A stretch of 24,000 nt of DNA from Ewingella americana (GTDB taxonomy: Bacteria; Pseudomonadota; Gammaproteobacteria; Enterobacterales; Enterobacteriaceae): contig NZ_RCZD01000016.1 of the NCBI RefSeq assembly GCF_006438725.1, positions 4,719 through 28,718 on the forward strand. The letters run 5' to 3'. The notes beneath the pieces were generated by a model. The model ran no database searches. It worked only from the letters and a program-made list of their open reading frames with translations, and was not told the origin of the DNA. The position numbers were made by a program, and so were the translations under genes. Of the stretch, positions 1-8,155 are shown piece after piece. Position 1 is the first letter of the stretch; each line of letters begins with the position of its first letter.

Positions 1-179
1 AGCTTTAAAGACTACAACACCCCGGAGAGTGGGCGCCGAAGGCGCCGCCCTCACTCTCCGGCAGGCGAAGCCTGGAAGGGGTTTCACGCATTTTAAACTG
101 TCGCACCGGTGCCGATGTTGTACCTTCAGTCTTCGCGGGTCAGTAACAAGGCCCCCGCAGAGGCCATGTTGTTCCGACA

Positions 180-404
180 TCAGTCCCGGAAGGCGTGGTC
201 AAGTTCGTTAACCTGTTTATAGATTTCCAGCATCTGCGCGCTGAGCTGGTTGATCACCTGACCGGCAAGGCGCTGCGTTAACTCTTCGCTGCCCCAGAAG
301 TATTTTTTCTCGAACGCCCGGAACTGCTCGCGAAGTTCAAACGTTGCGTTTGCCAGCGCGGCGACGTCCACCCGCAGGTCGATATTGTCTGAATAGTTGC
401 TCAT
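180..404 (-). CDS. hypothetical small protein (74 aa), translationally coupled to the methyltransferase
   Basis: The ATG at 402-404 (MSNYSDNIDL...) shares an ATGA overlap (tcat, 401-404) with the methylase stop. The 167-aa ORF in the track is an upstream extension into the methylase gene and is not credible. No family recognised. Confidence 0.5.
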   Translation of the reverse strand: MSNYSDNIDLRVDVAALANATFELREQFRAFEKKYFWGSEELTQRLAGQVINQLSAQMLEIYKQVNELDHAFRD

Positions 405-1087
405 GCCATGCTCCGGTGTTGCTGTGATGAAGCTGAGGCCGTTGCCACAGGGCGCACGCGCTGAAATTCGGCCAGACGGCGCACACCCGCCGCGTGATAC
501 TCCTCCATCAGCTCGATGCCAATCCAGCGGCGCCCGCACTGCGCGGCCGCCACGCAGGTAGATCCACTTCCACCAAACGGGTCGAGCACAATATCGCCCG
601 GCTGCGTGAAGCATTCGATCAGCGGCCGCAGGGAAGACACCGGCTTTTCGGTCGGATGGTGCCGGTTCCCGGAATACGCCCACGGCATCACGTCCGGCAG
701 CGGGTTTTCAGGCAGCGGCGGGCGGCCTTTGGCCAGCACGTAGGCACATTCATGCCGGTAGCCCACAAACGCCGATTTTGACGAATAGGCTTTGGTGAAC
801 ACGAGGTGCCCGACAACCCGGAACCCGGCGGCTTTCCACGCGGCCATAAACTGGTCGATGCGGTTCCAGCCGTAAAAACTGACCGCCAGACTGTCATTTT
901 TAAGCACCCGGAACATCTCGCGGCTGACCGGCAACAGCCAGTCACCCTGCTTATCGTTGGCAATGGAACGCCCGGAGCGGTCGGTAAACCCCACAAGGTA
1001 AGGCGGATCCGTCAGGATAAAATCGACGGAACGGGACGGAAAAGTTGACATAACCTGCTGACAATCACCCAACACAAAACGGGACAT
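401..1087 (-). CDS. orphan DNA methyltransferase, N6-adenine/N4-cytosine type (beta-class motif order)
   Basis: Track ORF 401-1213 trimmed to the ATG at 1085-1087 (MSRFVLGDC...). ILTDPPY (motif IV) precedes LDPFGGSGSTCVAA (motif I). No restriction partner is visible nearby. Confidence 0.85.
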   Translation of the reverse strand: MSRFVLGDCQQVMSTFPSRSVDFILTDPPYLVGFTDRSGRSIANDKQGDWLLPVSREMFRVLKNDSLAVSFYGWNRIDQFMAAWKAAGFRVVGHLVFTKAYSSKSAFVGYRHECAYVLAKGRPPLPENPLPDVMPWAYSGNRHHPTEKPVSSLRPLIECFTQPGDIVLDPFGGSGSTCVAAAQCGRRWIGIELMEEYHAAGVRRLAEFQRVRPVATASASSQQHRSMA

Positions 1088-1625
1088 AGCGTCACTCCAC
1101 ATACAGAGAACCGGAACCGGCCGGCGCCGTGCCCCCACGACAGTCGGGCACAAAGCGGAGCTGGAAGGGCTGACGCGGAAGCCGCAGCGCCGACAGGAAC
1201 GGGCTGAATGCACCGTGACTGGCGGTGACCGGGTGAGCAGGCAGGTTTACGCACCCTTACAGGCGAAGCGGCCCGGCTACAGTGCGGGCACGGGGTTGGC
1301 GCTAACATGAGGGAACATAAGGGATGACGCAGGAGGTGTTGAAACGCAGCGGCACCGCGAGGTGCCATGAATGTGGAGCAACGCGACACCCTTGGGCGGC
1401 AGGAGCCTCGCACAGGGTCGTCGCAGAACGGCCAGGCGACTTATCCCCCGCGAATACCGGAGTTACTCAGTGAAACTGTGGATAACCGAATGCGGTTTGA
1501 AAATGTGGCGGGAGTCTGCGACGACCGGCGCGGTATCAGGAATGAGTGGGAGCAGGACACCGGCCAGGCCGGCCCCCTGAGATCAGACGATTAGTGAGGA
1601 TGATATTCTGTTCGTAGCCGGCAGA

Positions 1626-1859
1626 TCAGCGGTGGCCACGATGCTCTTCCAGCAGATCAATCGCCTGCTGCATTACGCCGGCCGTATAGCTGTCTTCAAT
1701 GATTTTCGCGTAAGTCAGCCGGTCGGCCAGGCATTCCACCAGGGTATCGTGACAGATTTCTTTACCTGTCAGAAAAATACGGGTCGCCGCGTCAGCGACG
1801 GCATCTTTGACGTCAGAGAAGAAAATCAGCTCTTTGGGAAAGCGGGGATTAATGACCAT
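1626..1859 (-). CDS. hypothetical protein (77 aa)
   Basis: Clean ORF with GGAGG 6 nt upstream of the ATG. No family recognised. Confidence 0.5.
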   Translation of the reverse strand: MVINPRFPKELIFFSDVKDAVADAATRIFLTGKEICHDTLVECLADRLTYAKIIEDSYTAGVMQQAIDLLEEHRGHR

Positions 1860-2113
1860 TTCATGCCTCCGGCGGGGTTAAATACCCCCCTTATCATGCG
1901 TCCGGGTTCCGATGCCGTCCAGCACGACCGGCCGTCGTCTTGAGAATGTCGAAAAGCGGTAAAAAAGTCCACCCTGTAAAAACCCGCAACGCTCGCCGCA
2001 GGCTCGGCTGAGGCGTACCGCAGCACCGCGAGGAACGAACAGCCGCGACGAGGAAGCGTCATATCGTCCGCAGCTGATGTGAAAACCGCACACTCCCGGC
2101 CTGATGTAGCCAT

Positions 2114-2138
2114 AAAAAAACCGGCACGCAGGCCGGCG
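2114..2138 (-). terminator. candidate rho-independent terminator
   Basis: Minus strand reads CCGGC-CTGCGT-GCCGG followed by TTTTTTT, about 19 nt below the stop of the 2156 ORF. The stem is only 5 bp. Confidence 0.45.
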
Positions 2139-2155
2139 GAAAACGATGATCGGTT

Positions 2156-2389
2156 TTACTTACGGTTTTTCTTCCAGGTTTCAGAGGCCAGAAAGGCGGC
2201 GCGTACTACCACGATCGCCCAGCACAACTGCAAGAGTATCTTCAGGGGCACACTAAATCCGTCAAATATCAGCAACGGCACAATAAACAGGCAACTGATG
2301 AGAAAACACCACTCCGCCGCGCTTTTGCGCGCCCTGCCCGTCAGCGTCTCCAGTCCGATTATCCCTTTGCACAACAGCATCAATGACAT
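2156..2389 (-). CDS. hypothetical small hydrophobic protein (77-81 aa)
   Basis: Last gene of the parM-parR transcription unit. Two hydrophobic stretches (CFLISCLFIVPLLIF, LLQLCWAIVVVRAAFL). The internal ATG (MSLMLL...) has GGAG 6 nt upstream; the alternative start is at 2401. Confidence 0.4.
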   Translation of the reverse strand: MSLMLLCKGIIGLETLTGRARKSAAEWCFLISCLFIVPLLIFDGFSVPLKILLQLCWAIVVVRAAFLASETWKKNRK

Positions 2390-2426
2390 TGTTCTCTCCA
2401 TAAATCATCCGGCACGCCGGAGGGCT

Positions 2427-2822
2427 TCAGTCTTTTTTTAGCATGCGTTTGAAATTATTGCGGGCCTGCCCTTCCCCGTCCGCACTGCCGACGGGTTCCG
2501 GGAGCACGGAGGGCGCAGGCACCTGGCCAGCGCAGGCGGCAATGACGTCCTGAATGCTGGCCGTCGAGGGTTGCCATCCCGTCGTCTGCTGAATAATGCC
2601 CACCAGTTGGTCGGCGGTCAGCTGGCCATCGAACAGCATGGCCAGCAGATACGGCAGACGCTTATCCAGCTGGTATAACGCGCTTCCGCCCACGATCGCC
2701 GCCCGGAAGAATTCACCTCGTGTTCTCAGAGGTACTGACTCGATAATCTCCATCGCCCTGGCATCCTGACTATCATCTTCGGGATGCAAATAGACAGTCA
2801 GTCTCTTACGTTTGTCGGTCAC
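2427..2822 (-). CDS. parR: ParR-like centromere-binding adaptor (type II partition)
   Basis: 131 aa, 18 nt downstream of parM, GTG start preceded by AAGGAG. The N-terminal KRKRLTVYLHPEDD...VPLRTRGEFFRAAIVGGSALY is collinear with the RHH N-domain of R1 ParR as I recall it. Confidence 0.7.
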   Translation of the reverse strand: MTDKRKRLTVYLHPEDDSQDARAMEIIESVPLRTRGEFFRAAIVGGSALYQLDKRLPYLLAMLFDGQLTADQLVGIIQQTTGWQPSTASIQDVIAACAGQVPAPSVLPEPVGSADGEGQARNNFKRMLKKD

Positions 2823-2840
2823 GGATAGCGCTCCTTGGAA

Positions 2841-3806
2841 TTAAAGTAAAACAAGTTCGCGAACCAACGCCGTCTGGGGTTCATTGACCACCACAATACG
2901 GTCGGGGGCCAGTTTCCAGGCACGGCGCACGGCAGCTTCAATCAGCGACGCCCCGCCACCCACCAACCAAACCCGATTCGCCTGGCGGTACGCCGACAGC
3001 TCATTGACCACCCGTTCCCCGAGTCGCTCGATGGACGAACTTATCATGTCCAGCACATAGTCCACTTTTGACTCATCGTTGACAACTGTGGCGGCAAACT
3101 CGCGGTCATGCCGTCGCTGTATCAGTTGATCAGCCACAAAGGCGCTGGTGTCGCTATTGGCCATACGCAGTGCCGTGAGTGTGGCCTGTGTCACCATCGA
3201 TACGCCGATCGTAGAATTGCCCTGAATGGCACTGACATCTTCAAACTGCCCCACCAGGACACCGGCATCGAGCGTCGTTCCCCCCAGATCAATCACCAGT
3301 GAGGTTTCCAACGGCCCCACCCCGGCACGCTCCAGCGACGATATTACGGCAGGCAACGATTCCGGCATGACGTCAACGTGCTCGATGGTGAAGGTTTCGC
3401 GCTTGTTCAGCGTTACCGGCCGCAGCAGGTTGTCGATTTTCCGCTGTATGTTGGCCTCGTTATGCTGACAGTCGCTGGTATAGAACTCACTGATCGGCAA
3501 GGTTACTGTCAGACTCACCGGCTGTGGCGGCAAACCGCAGGTGAGCAGCGCATGGTGTACGGCCAACAGATTCGTGTCGCCATACTGGTATTCAATGTTG
3601 GTGGTACTGATCGCCTGATGGCTGACGCTGTCAAATGAGTACTTCAGCCCGTCAATTTCATAGTTGTACGTTTCACTGCTGCCGATCCCGGCAACTTTCC
3701 ACCCGGCTTTAAACGAATTCGGGGAGACCGATGTAAAAATTTCATCGCCATCCCGCCATGCCAGCTTAACGTTTGTCGAACCGTCGTCACAACCCATTTT
3801 TCTCAT
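2841..3806 (-). CDS. parM: ParM/StbA actin-like plasmid segregation ATPase
   Basis: 321 aa. Actin-fold motifs DDGSTNVKL, VIDLGGTTLD and WLVGGGA. Collinear with R1 ParM as recalled. Confidence 0.9.
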   Translation of the reverse strand: MRKMGCDDGSTNVKLAWRDGDEIFTSVSPNSFKAGWKVAGIGSSETYNYEIDGLKYSFDSVSHQAISTTNIEYQYGDTNLLAVHHALLTCGLPPQPVSLTVTLPISEFYTSDCQHNEANIQRKIDNLLRPVTLNKRETFTIEHVDVMPESLPAVISSLERAGVGPLETSLVIDLGGTTLDAGVLVGQFEDVSAIQGNSTIGVSMVTQATLTALRMANSDTSAFVADQLIQRRHDREFAATVVNDESKVDYVLDMISSSIERLGERVVNELSAYRQANRVWLVGGGASLIEAAVRRAWKLAPDRIVVVNEPQTALVRELVLL

Positions 3807-3974
3807 AATGCACCCAATATATTCTCAATTTGAGAAATTATTTTAACGCAAAAAAGGCAATTAGCAATTACATTTCTCATATTGAGAATTTTAAAATTCT
3901 CAAAATATCACCAAATTGGTCTAACTTGAGTTTCCTGCCAAATAATCAGTACAGAAATTTTTTCCGCCTGAGAA
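3800..3974. promoter_or_regulatory. parC-like centromere/operator region
   Basis: Two 15-bp inverted repeats TTCTCA-N3-TGAGAA (3822-3836, 3874-3888; centres 52 bp apart). Half-sites TTCTCA at 3800-3805 and 3897-3902 and TGAGAA at 3969-3974. All lie directly upstream of parM. Confidence 0.6.
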
Positions 3975-4036
3975 AACAGAGAGCTAGTTAAAAGAGGCAA
4001 TGCGGGGCTTGCAAGTCGGAATTTTCACAACAATAA

Positions 4037-4056
4037 TACTGTAATTATATACAGTA
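4037..4056 (+). promoter_or_regulatory. LexA (SOS) box overlapping the umuD promoter
   Basis: TACTGTAATTATATACAGTA is a perfect CTGT-N8-ACAG palindrome 18 nt upstream of the umuD ATG. Candidate -35 TTGCAA (4009-4014) and -10 AATAAT (4032-4037) with a 17-bp spacer. Confidence 0.85.
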
Positions 4057-4074
4057 TTATTAAAAGGAGTTGCC

Positions 4075-4497
4075 ATGCTACACATCACTCCCGTCGCCAT
4101 TGACCCGGTGAAGGTTTCGTTGCCTCTGTTTATTGAACGATGCCCCGCCGGATTTCCCAGCCCTTGTGCCGACTACGCCGACGCGGAACTGGATCTGAAC
4201 GATTACTGTATAAAGAAAAAATCCTCCACGTTCTTCATCCGGGCGATTGGAAACTCTATGAACGATATCGGCTTGCACAGCGGTGACCTTATGGTCGTGG
4301 ATAAGTCAGAAGAACCGCATCACGGGGATATTGTGATCGCGGAGATTGACGGCGAGTTTACGGTAAAACGCCTTCTACTGACGCCCCGCCCTGCGCTCCA
4401 GGCTATGAATCCGGACTATCCGACACTCTATCCGGAGAACCTGCAAATTTTTGGGGTTGTTATGGCTTTTGTGCACAAAACCCGTGGAGGTGAATGA
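4075..4497 (+). CDS. umuD: UmuD/MucA-family SOS mutagenesis protein (S24 LexA-like peptidase)
   Basis: 140 aa with an AGGAG RBS. Cleavage-site region CPAGFPSP, catalytic Ser in GNSMND, Lys in EFTVKRL. The stop TGA overlaps the umuC ATG (TGATG). Confidence 0.9.
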   Translation: MLHITPVAIDPVKVSLPLFIERCPAGFPSPCADYADAELDLNDYCIKKKSSTFFIRAIGNSMNDIGLHSGDLMVVDKSEEPHHGDIVIAEIDGEFTVKRLLLTPRPALQAMNPDYPTLYPENLQIFGVVMAFVHKTRGGE

Positions 4498-5770
4498 TGT
4501 TTGCCCTGGCGGATGTGAATTCTTTTATGCAAGCTGCGAAGCGGTTCTTAACCCAACACTTCGCGGCAAGCCATTGATAATATTGAGCAATAATGATGGG
4601 TGCTGTGTGGCGCGATCCGCAGCAGCCAAAAAATTAGGCATAAAAATGGGCATGCCGTGGTTTCAGATCCAGCAGATGTCATTCCCTGAAAAGGTGTACG
4701 CATTCTCCAGCAATTATTCCTTATACCACTCATTTTCCCAACGAGTCATGAGTCATATTGAGGAACTTTCGCCACGCGTGGAACAATACAGCGTGGACGA
4801 AATGTTTATTGATATCAGTAACATCGATAACTGCATGGATTTTGAAGCCTTTGGCCACCAGTTGCGCGCGCACGTTCTGAAGGGGACTGGCCTGACAATC
4901 GGTGTAGGGATGGGACCTGGCAAAGTTTTGGCAAAAGCAGCTCAGTGGGCCTCGAAGGAATGGCCACAATTTAAGGGAGTGCTGGCTCTCACGCCTGGTA
5001 ATCCCCGGCGTACAGAAAAATTGTTATCGTTGATGCCCGTTCAGGAAGTCTGGGGCTGCGGAAGCCGGATTTCGAAAAAGCTGAACCTGATGGGGATTCA
5101 AACCGCCCTGCAGCTCGCTCGCGCGAATCCCACTTTTATCAGGAAGAATTTTAGCGTTGTCCTGGAAAGGATATGCAGGGAACTGAACGGCGAAAGCTGT
5201 ATCAGCCTGGAGGAAGCCCCTCCCGCCAAACAGCAAATTGTCTGTAGCCGCTCTTTCGGCGAGAGGATCACAACCTATGAGGCCATGCGTCAGGCCGTCT
5301 GCCAGTATGCCGAACGGGCAGCAGAAAAGCTCAGAGGTGAAAATCAGTACTGCCGGCATATTTCCGTTTTCGTGAAAACATCACCTTTCGCAGTCAACGA
5401 AATCTATTACAGCAACGTGGCCACTGAAAAACTCACCACACCTACACGAGACACCCGCGATATTATAGCGGCCGCAATGAAGGCGCTCGATCGCACCTGG
5501 GACCATGGCCGCCGGTACGCAAAGGCCGGAATAATGCTCAATGATTTTACACCAAACAGTGTGTCACAGTTGGATTTGTTTGATGAAGTTCAGCCCCGCC
5601 CTGCCAGTGACTCGTTGATGCACGTTCTCGATGGCATCAATAATTCTGGCCTGGGAAAGGTATGGTTTGCGGGGCGAGGGATTGCGCCCGAATGGCAGAT
5701 GAAACGTGACATGCTCTCCCCTTCTTACACAACAAGATGGTCGGATTTACCGGTTGCCTCGATTCGTTGA
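4497..5770 (+). pseudogene. umuC: UmuC/MucB-family Y-family DNA polymerase V subunit, 1-nt frameshift at codon 10
   Basis: The ATG at 4497 gives MFALADVNSF (E. coli UmuC starts MFALCDVNAF). That frame then runs into a stop at 4575-4577. The rest of the homology (FYASCEAV..LSNNDGC..VWGCGSRISKKL..) continues in the frame of track ORF 4451-5770. The T-run 4523-4526 has four Ts where five are needed. Confidence 0.8.
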
Positions 5771-5808
5771 CCCTTCTCTATCTGCGTGTAAATCTTATCG
5801 ACATAACG

Positions 5809-6254
5809 ATATTAAATAAAAATCAATATGATTGTAAAATCATACATTTTTAATGTTGTAATGATATTAAAATAACTTACATACCATTAATCCATCTCAA
5901 CATTTAAAATCTGGATGGTACTTTTGCTCTGCCCACCCCCTTCCCACAGCATGGTCTGACGGGAGTTTTACGCTTGGCCTAATTTTAAATAGTACTTTAA
6001 ACACTAGGGCTATCAAAGAGACACATAAGTAGAGAAAGAGCGACTCTAGTGCAATAGCAATTGCATCTAGCTCAGTTAACCCATGCAAGAAATTTCTCTT
6101 TAAGTAGCCACCAATCACTTATACATCAAAAACAAATCATATTCATATTAAAATGATATCATTTTATGAAAATTATCAGAAAAAAAGCTGGTTTAAAAGG
6201 ATATTTTACTGCTAGTATAAAAACATCATAAGCACAGCATTTTAATATTAAAAT
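5809..6254. repeat. dispersed ATATTAAA(A)T motif copies upstream of parA (candidate centromere/operator)
   Basis: Copies start at 5809 (ATATTAAAT), 5864, 6145 and 6245 (ATATTAAAAT). The copy at 6145 runs into a 16-bp perfect palindrome AAAATGATATCATTTT (6150-6165). The copy at 6245 lies between a weak promoter-like TTAAAA-N17-TATAAA (6193-6221) and the parA RBS. Confidence 0.4.
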
Positions 6255-6266
6255 GAGGGTAAAAAC

Positions 6267-6917
6267 ATGATTCTTACAGTTGGAAATACTAAAGGTGGTG
6301 TAGGGAAAACAACACTTGCAGTGAATATTGCTGCCGCCAGAGCCATGCAAGGCCGTGATGTCCTACTTATTGATGCTGACCGGCAGGAGACAGCACAGAC
6401 GGCGATCAGCATAAGAGCACAAAACGATATCCAACCAGGTATCGCATGCTCGGCTTATGCCGATGGCCCGATTCTGCGCTCACAACTTATGCAGCAAAAA
6501 GCAAAGTATGATGATGTGATCATTGATGCCGGCGGCAGAGACTCAACAGCATTGCGTGCAGCACTCGTTTTAACAGATGTCCTTTTAGTTCCCTACCGCC
6601 CAGGCAGTTTTGATGTATGGGCTTTGCAGGACATTTCGGACCTAATTACAGAGGCACGTAGTGTGCGGGACGGGTTGAAAGCTTACTCAATCATTAACGT
6701 TGCCGATGCAAATCGTAACTCAATAGACAACAGAGAAGCTGCAGCCATCTTTACCGATTACCCGGAGCTTGAATTTATCCCTGATCATATAGTTGGACGT
6801 AAAGCATTCTCTAATGCTGCGGGTTCAGGCCAATGCGTCTTTGAATACAAGCCACAAGATGCTAAAGCAAATCTGGAACTTACCACCCTCATAAACATCC
6901 TATTTAACAATCAATAA
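6267..6917 (+). CDS. parA: small ParA/ParF-type partition ATPase (type Ib)
   Basis: 216 aa. Deviant Walker A GNTKGGVGKTT. GAGGG RBS. Confidence 0.9.
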   Translation: MILTVGNTKGGVGKTTLAVNIAAARAMQGRDVLLIDADRQETAQTAISIRAQNDIQPGIACSAYADGPILRSQLMQQKAKYDDVIIDAGGRDSTALRAALVLTDVLLVPYRPGSFDVWALQDISDLITEARSVRDGLKAYSIINVADANRNSIDNREAAAIFTDYPELEFIPDHIVGRKAFSNAAGSGQCVFEYKPQDAKANLELTTLINILFNNQ

Positions 6918-6947
6918 AATATTATATTAATATTAAGGTGATATGAA

Positions 6948-7217
6948 ATGGCAATTACCAAACCACCAAAAAAAACATATGAAGCCAATGCTAAACTCGA
7001 TGCTTTCATCGAAGGTGCTCCAGATGGCCAGTCAGCCAAAAAGAAAGGTGTAATCAAAGGAAAAAAACAACAAATCACACTGACTATTACCCCTGACATA
7101 CTGAGTCAGTTAGATCAAAAAGCTGAAGATTTAGGTCTATCGCGCGCGGCCCTGATCAACATAGGGATCCGGCATGTACTTAATGAAGGCGCAATGATTG
7201 GTGGTAAGAAAGACTAG
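6948..7217 (+). CDS. ParG-like ribbon-helix-helix centromere-binding protein
   Basis: 89 aa, 30 nt downstream of parA, AAGGTG RBS. Lys-rich N-terminal tail and a C-terminal RHH-like segment KQQITLTITPDILSQLDQKAEDLGLSRAALINIGIRHVL. Confidence 0.7.
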   Translation: MAITKPPKKTYEANAKLDAFIEGAPDGQSAKKKGVIKGKKQQITLTITPDILSQLDQKAEDLGLSRAALINIGIRHVLNEGAMIGGKKD

Positions 7218-7278
7218 AGGATGGTTCTCTATCGTTTCTTTTAACACCTAAAATACTATCATTATGATATTAAATTGA

Positions 7279-7710
7279 TTGTTTTTTAAACTCGTAATAA
7301 TTGTTAAACAAGTGCATAAAACTCAGACTGTGTTCTTTCGTGAAATATACACCCCCAATAAATTTAGCCAGATTTTGGAAATTATTGATGACCATTCGGG
7401 TGACAGACGAAGTGTATACATGTTGAGAGGGCAGGGTGATGTGAGTTGGGCAATACATAGTTCAGCATATCGCCGTTTATTGAAAGAAAGACGCTGGGAA
7501 GAGGCACCTTCTGAGGTGACGATACGTGATTATGAAAGAGATCTGTTACTTAACGCTTAGCATCAGGGTTATGGCTATGAAAATGGCAGGAAGTTGGCTG
7601 ATTTTGAGTTACTGGCAAAGCTTCAACACCATGGTGCTGCAACAAGGTTGATCGATGTATCAAGAAATATGTTAAGGCATTCCTGGCGATTGGTCTTACG
7701 TCTGAAATGA
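7279..7710 (+). pseudogene. FRG-domain protein remnant with an in-frame TAG and 3' truncation
   Basis: YMLRGQGDVSWAIHSSAYRRL matches the FRG-domain N-terminal motif. The in-frame TAG at 7558-7560 is followed in the same frame by ELLAKLQHHGAATRLIDVSRN, the second conserved FRG-domain block. The frame then ends at 7708-7710. Confidence 0.55.
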
Positions 7711-7903
7711 AAAGCGTTTGTTTAAGAGTAGCTTTGATGTACGCCAGTTAACTTTGTTTCCTTGTATCAACGGTTTAGTTTACGCCAATAGTGAAAATTT
7801 TGGACGTTACAGCCACGAAAGATGGTGAATGAAATGGATAAGAACCCTTTAACCCGTATCGCACTGAAGAAAGGATCTAGTCAGAGTCTTCAGGATCAAT
7901 AAG

Positions 7904-8155
7904 TTATCCACATATGCACCTGGTATTACAATTCTTAAGATCATAATAAGATCATATTAAATTAAAACAGATTACCAGCCTCGTATTCTATTGAAAACAT
8001 TAATTAAATCGGTACATTGAGCGGTTACTTTCATAAAAAAAGCGGTTACTTTCATAAATTTAGCGTTTACTTTCATAATAAAGGCGGTTATTTTCATAAC
8101 CTTTAGGCGGTTACTTTCATAAATAGTTCTCAAATTTCAAATATGGTGTGGATAA
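7904..8155 (+). promoter_or_regulatory. iteron-type replication origin (oriV)
   Basis: Perfect DnaA boxes TTATCCACA at 7904-7912 and, inverted, at 8147-8155, the latter abutting the repA ATG. Tandem TAAGATCATA x2 (7936-7945, 7947-7956) and other GATC sites in an AT-rich stretch. Five iterons at 8021-8122. Confidence 0.8.
8021..8122 (+). repeat. five direct iterons, core GCGGTTACTTTCATAA
   Basis: Cores at 8021-8036, 8042-8057, 8063-8078 (1 mismatch), 8084-8099 (1 mismatch) and 8107-8122. Start-to-start spacing is 21, 21, 21, 23 bp. Confidence 0.95.

Noticed and set aside
22-61. Long imperfect GC hairpin (CCGGAGAGTGGGCGCC-GAA-GGCGCC(GCC)CTCACTCTCCGG) as a terminator for the 74-aa ORF.
   Set aside because: No U-tract follows on the minus strand, so it is not a canonical intrinsic terminator. 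Its function is unknown and it may belong to an element continuing left of the window.
401-1213. 270-aa version of the methyltransferase ORF, and the 167-aa version of the 180-683 ORF.
   Set aside because: The N-terminal extensions are Arg/Cys/Pro-rich junk. The conserved sequence begins at internal Met codons (1087 and 404).
62-1269. 10-mer CAGGCGAAGC present at 62-71 and 1260-1269 as a possible repeated element boundary.
   Set aside because: A single exact 10-mer match is expected many times by chance in 24 kb, and no extended similarity surrounds it.
1477-1485. Perfect DnaA-box 9-mer TGTGGATAA in the GC-rich spacer upstream of the methylase.
   Set aside because: It is a single isolated 9-mer with no AT-rich unwinding region or iterons nearby, and could be chance. 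It is kept only as a note under the leading-region finding.
4451-4496. TTG at 4451 as the start of an apparently intact 439-aa UmuC ORF.
   Set aside because: The first 25 codons lie inside umuD in another frame and show no UmuC similarity. The canonical coupled ATG at 4497 encodes the conserved MFAL.DVN.F N-terminus in a different frame, so a frameshift is the better reading.
5897-6350. ORFs of 73 aa (5897-6118) and 63 aa (6159-6350) on the minus strand.
   Set aside because: They lie in AT-rich intergenic or regulatory DNA upstream of parA. The second overlaps the parA start, and the peptides are low-complexity Ile/Phe/Lys-rich.
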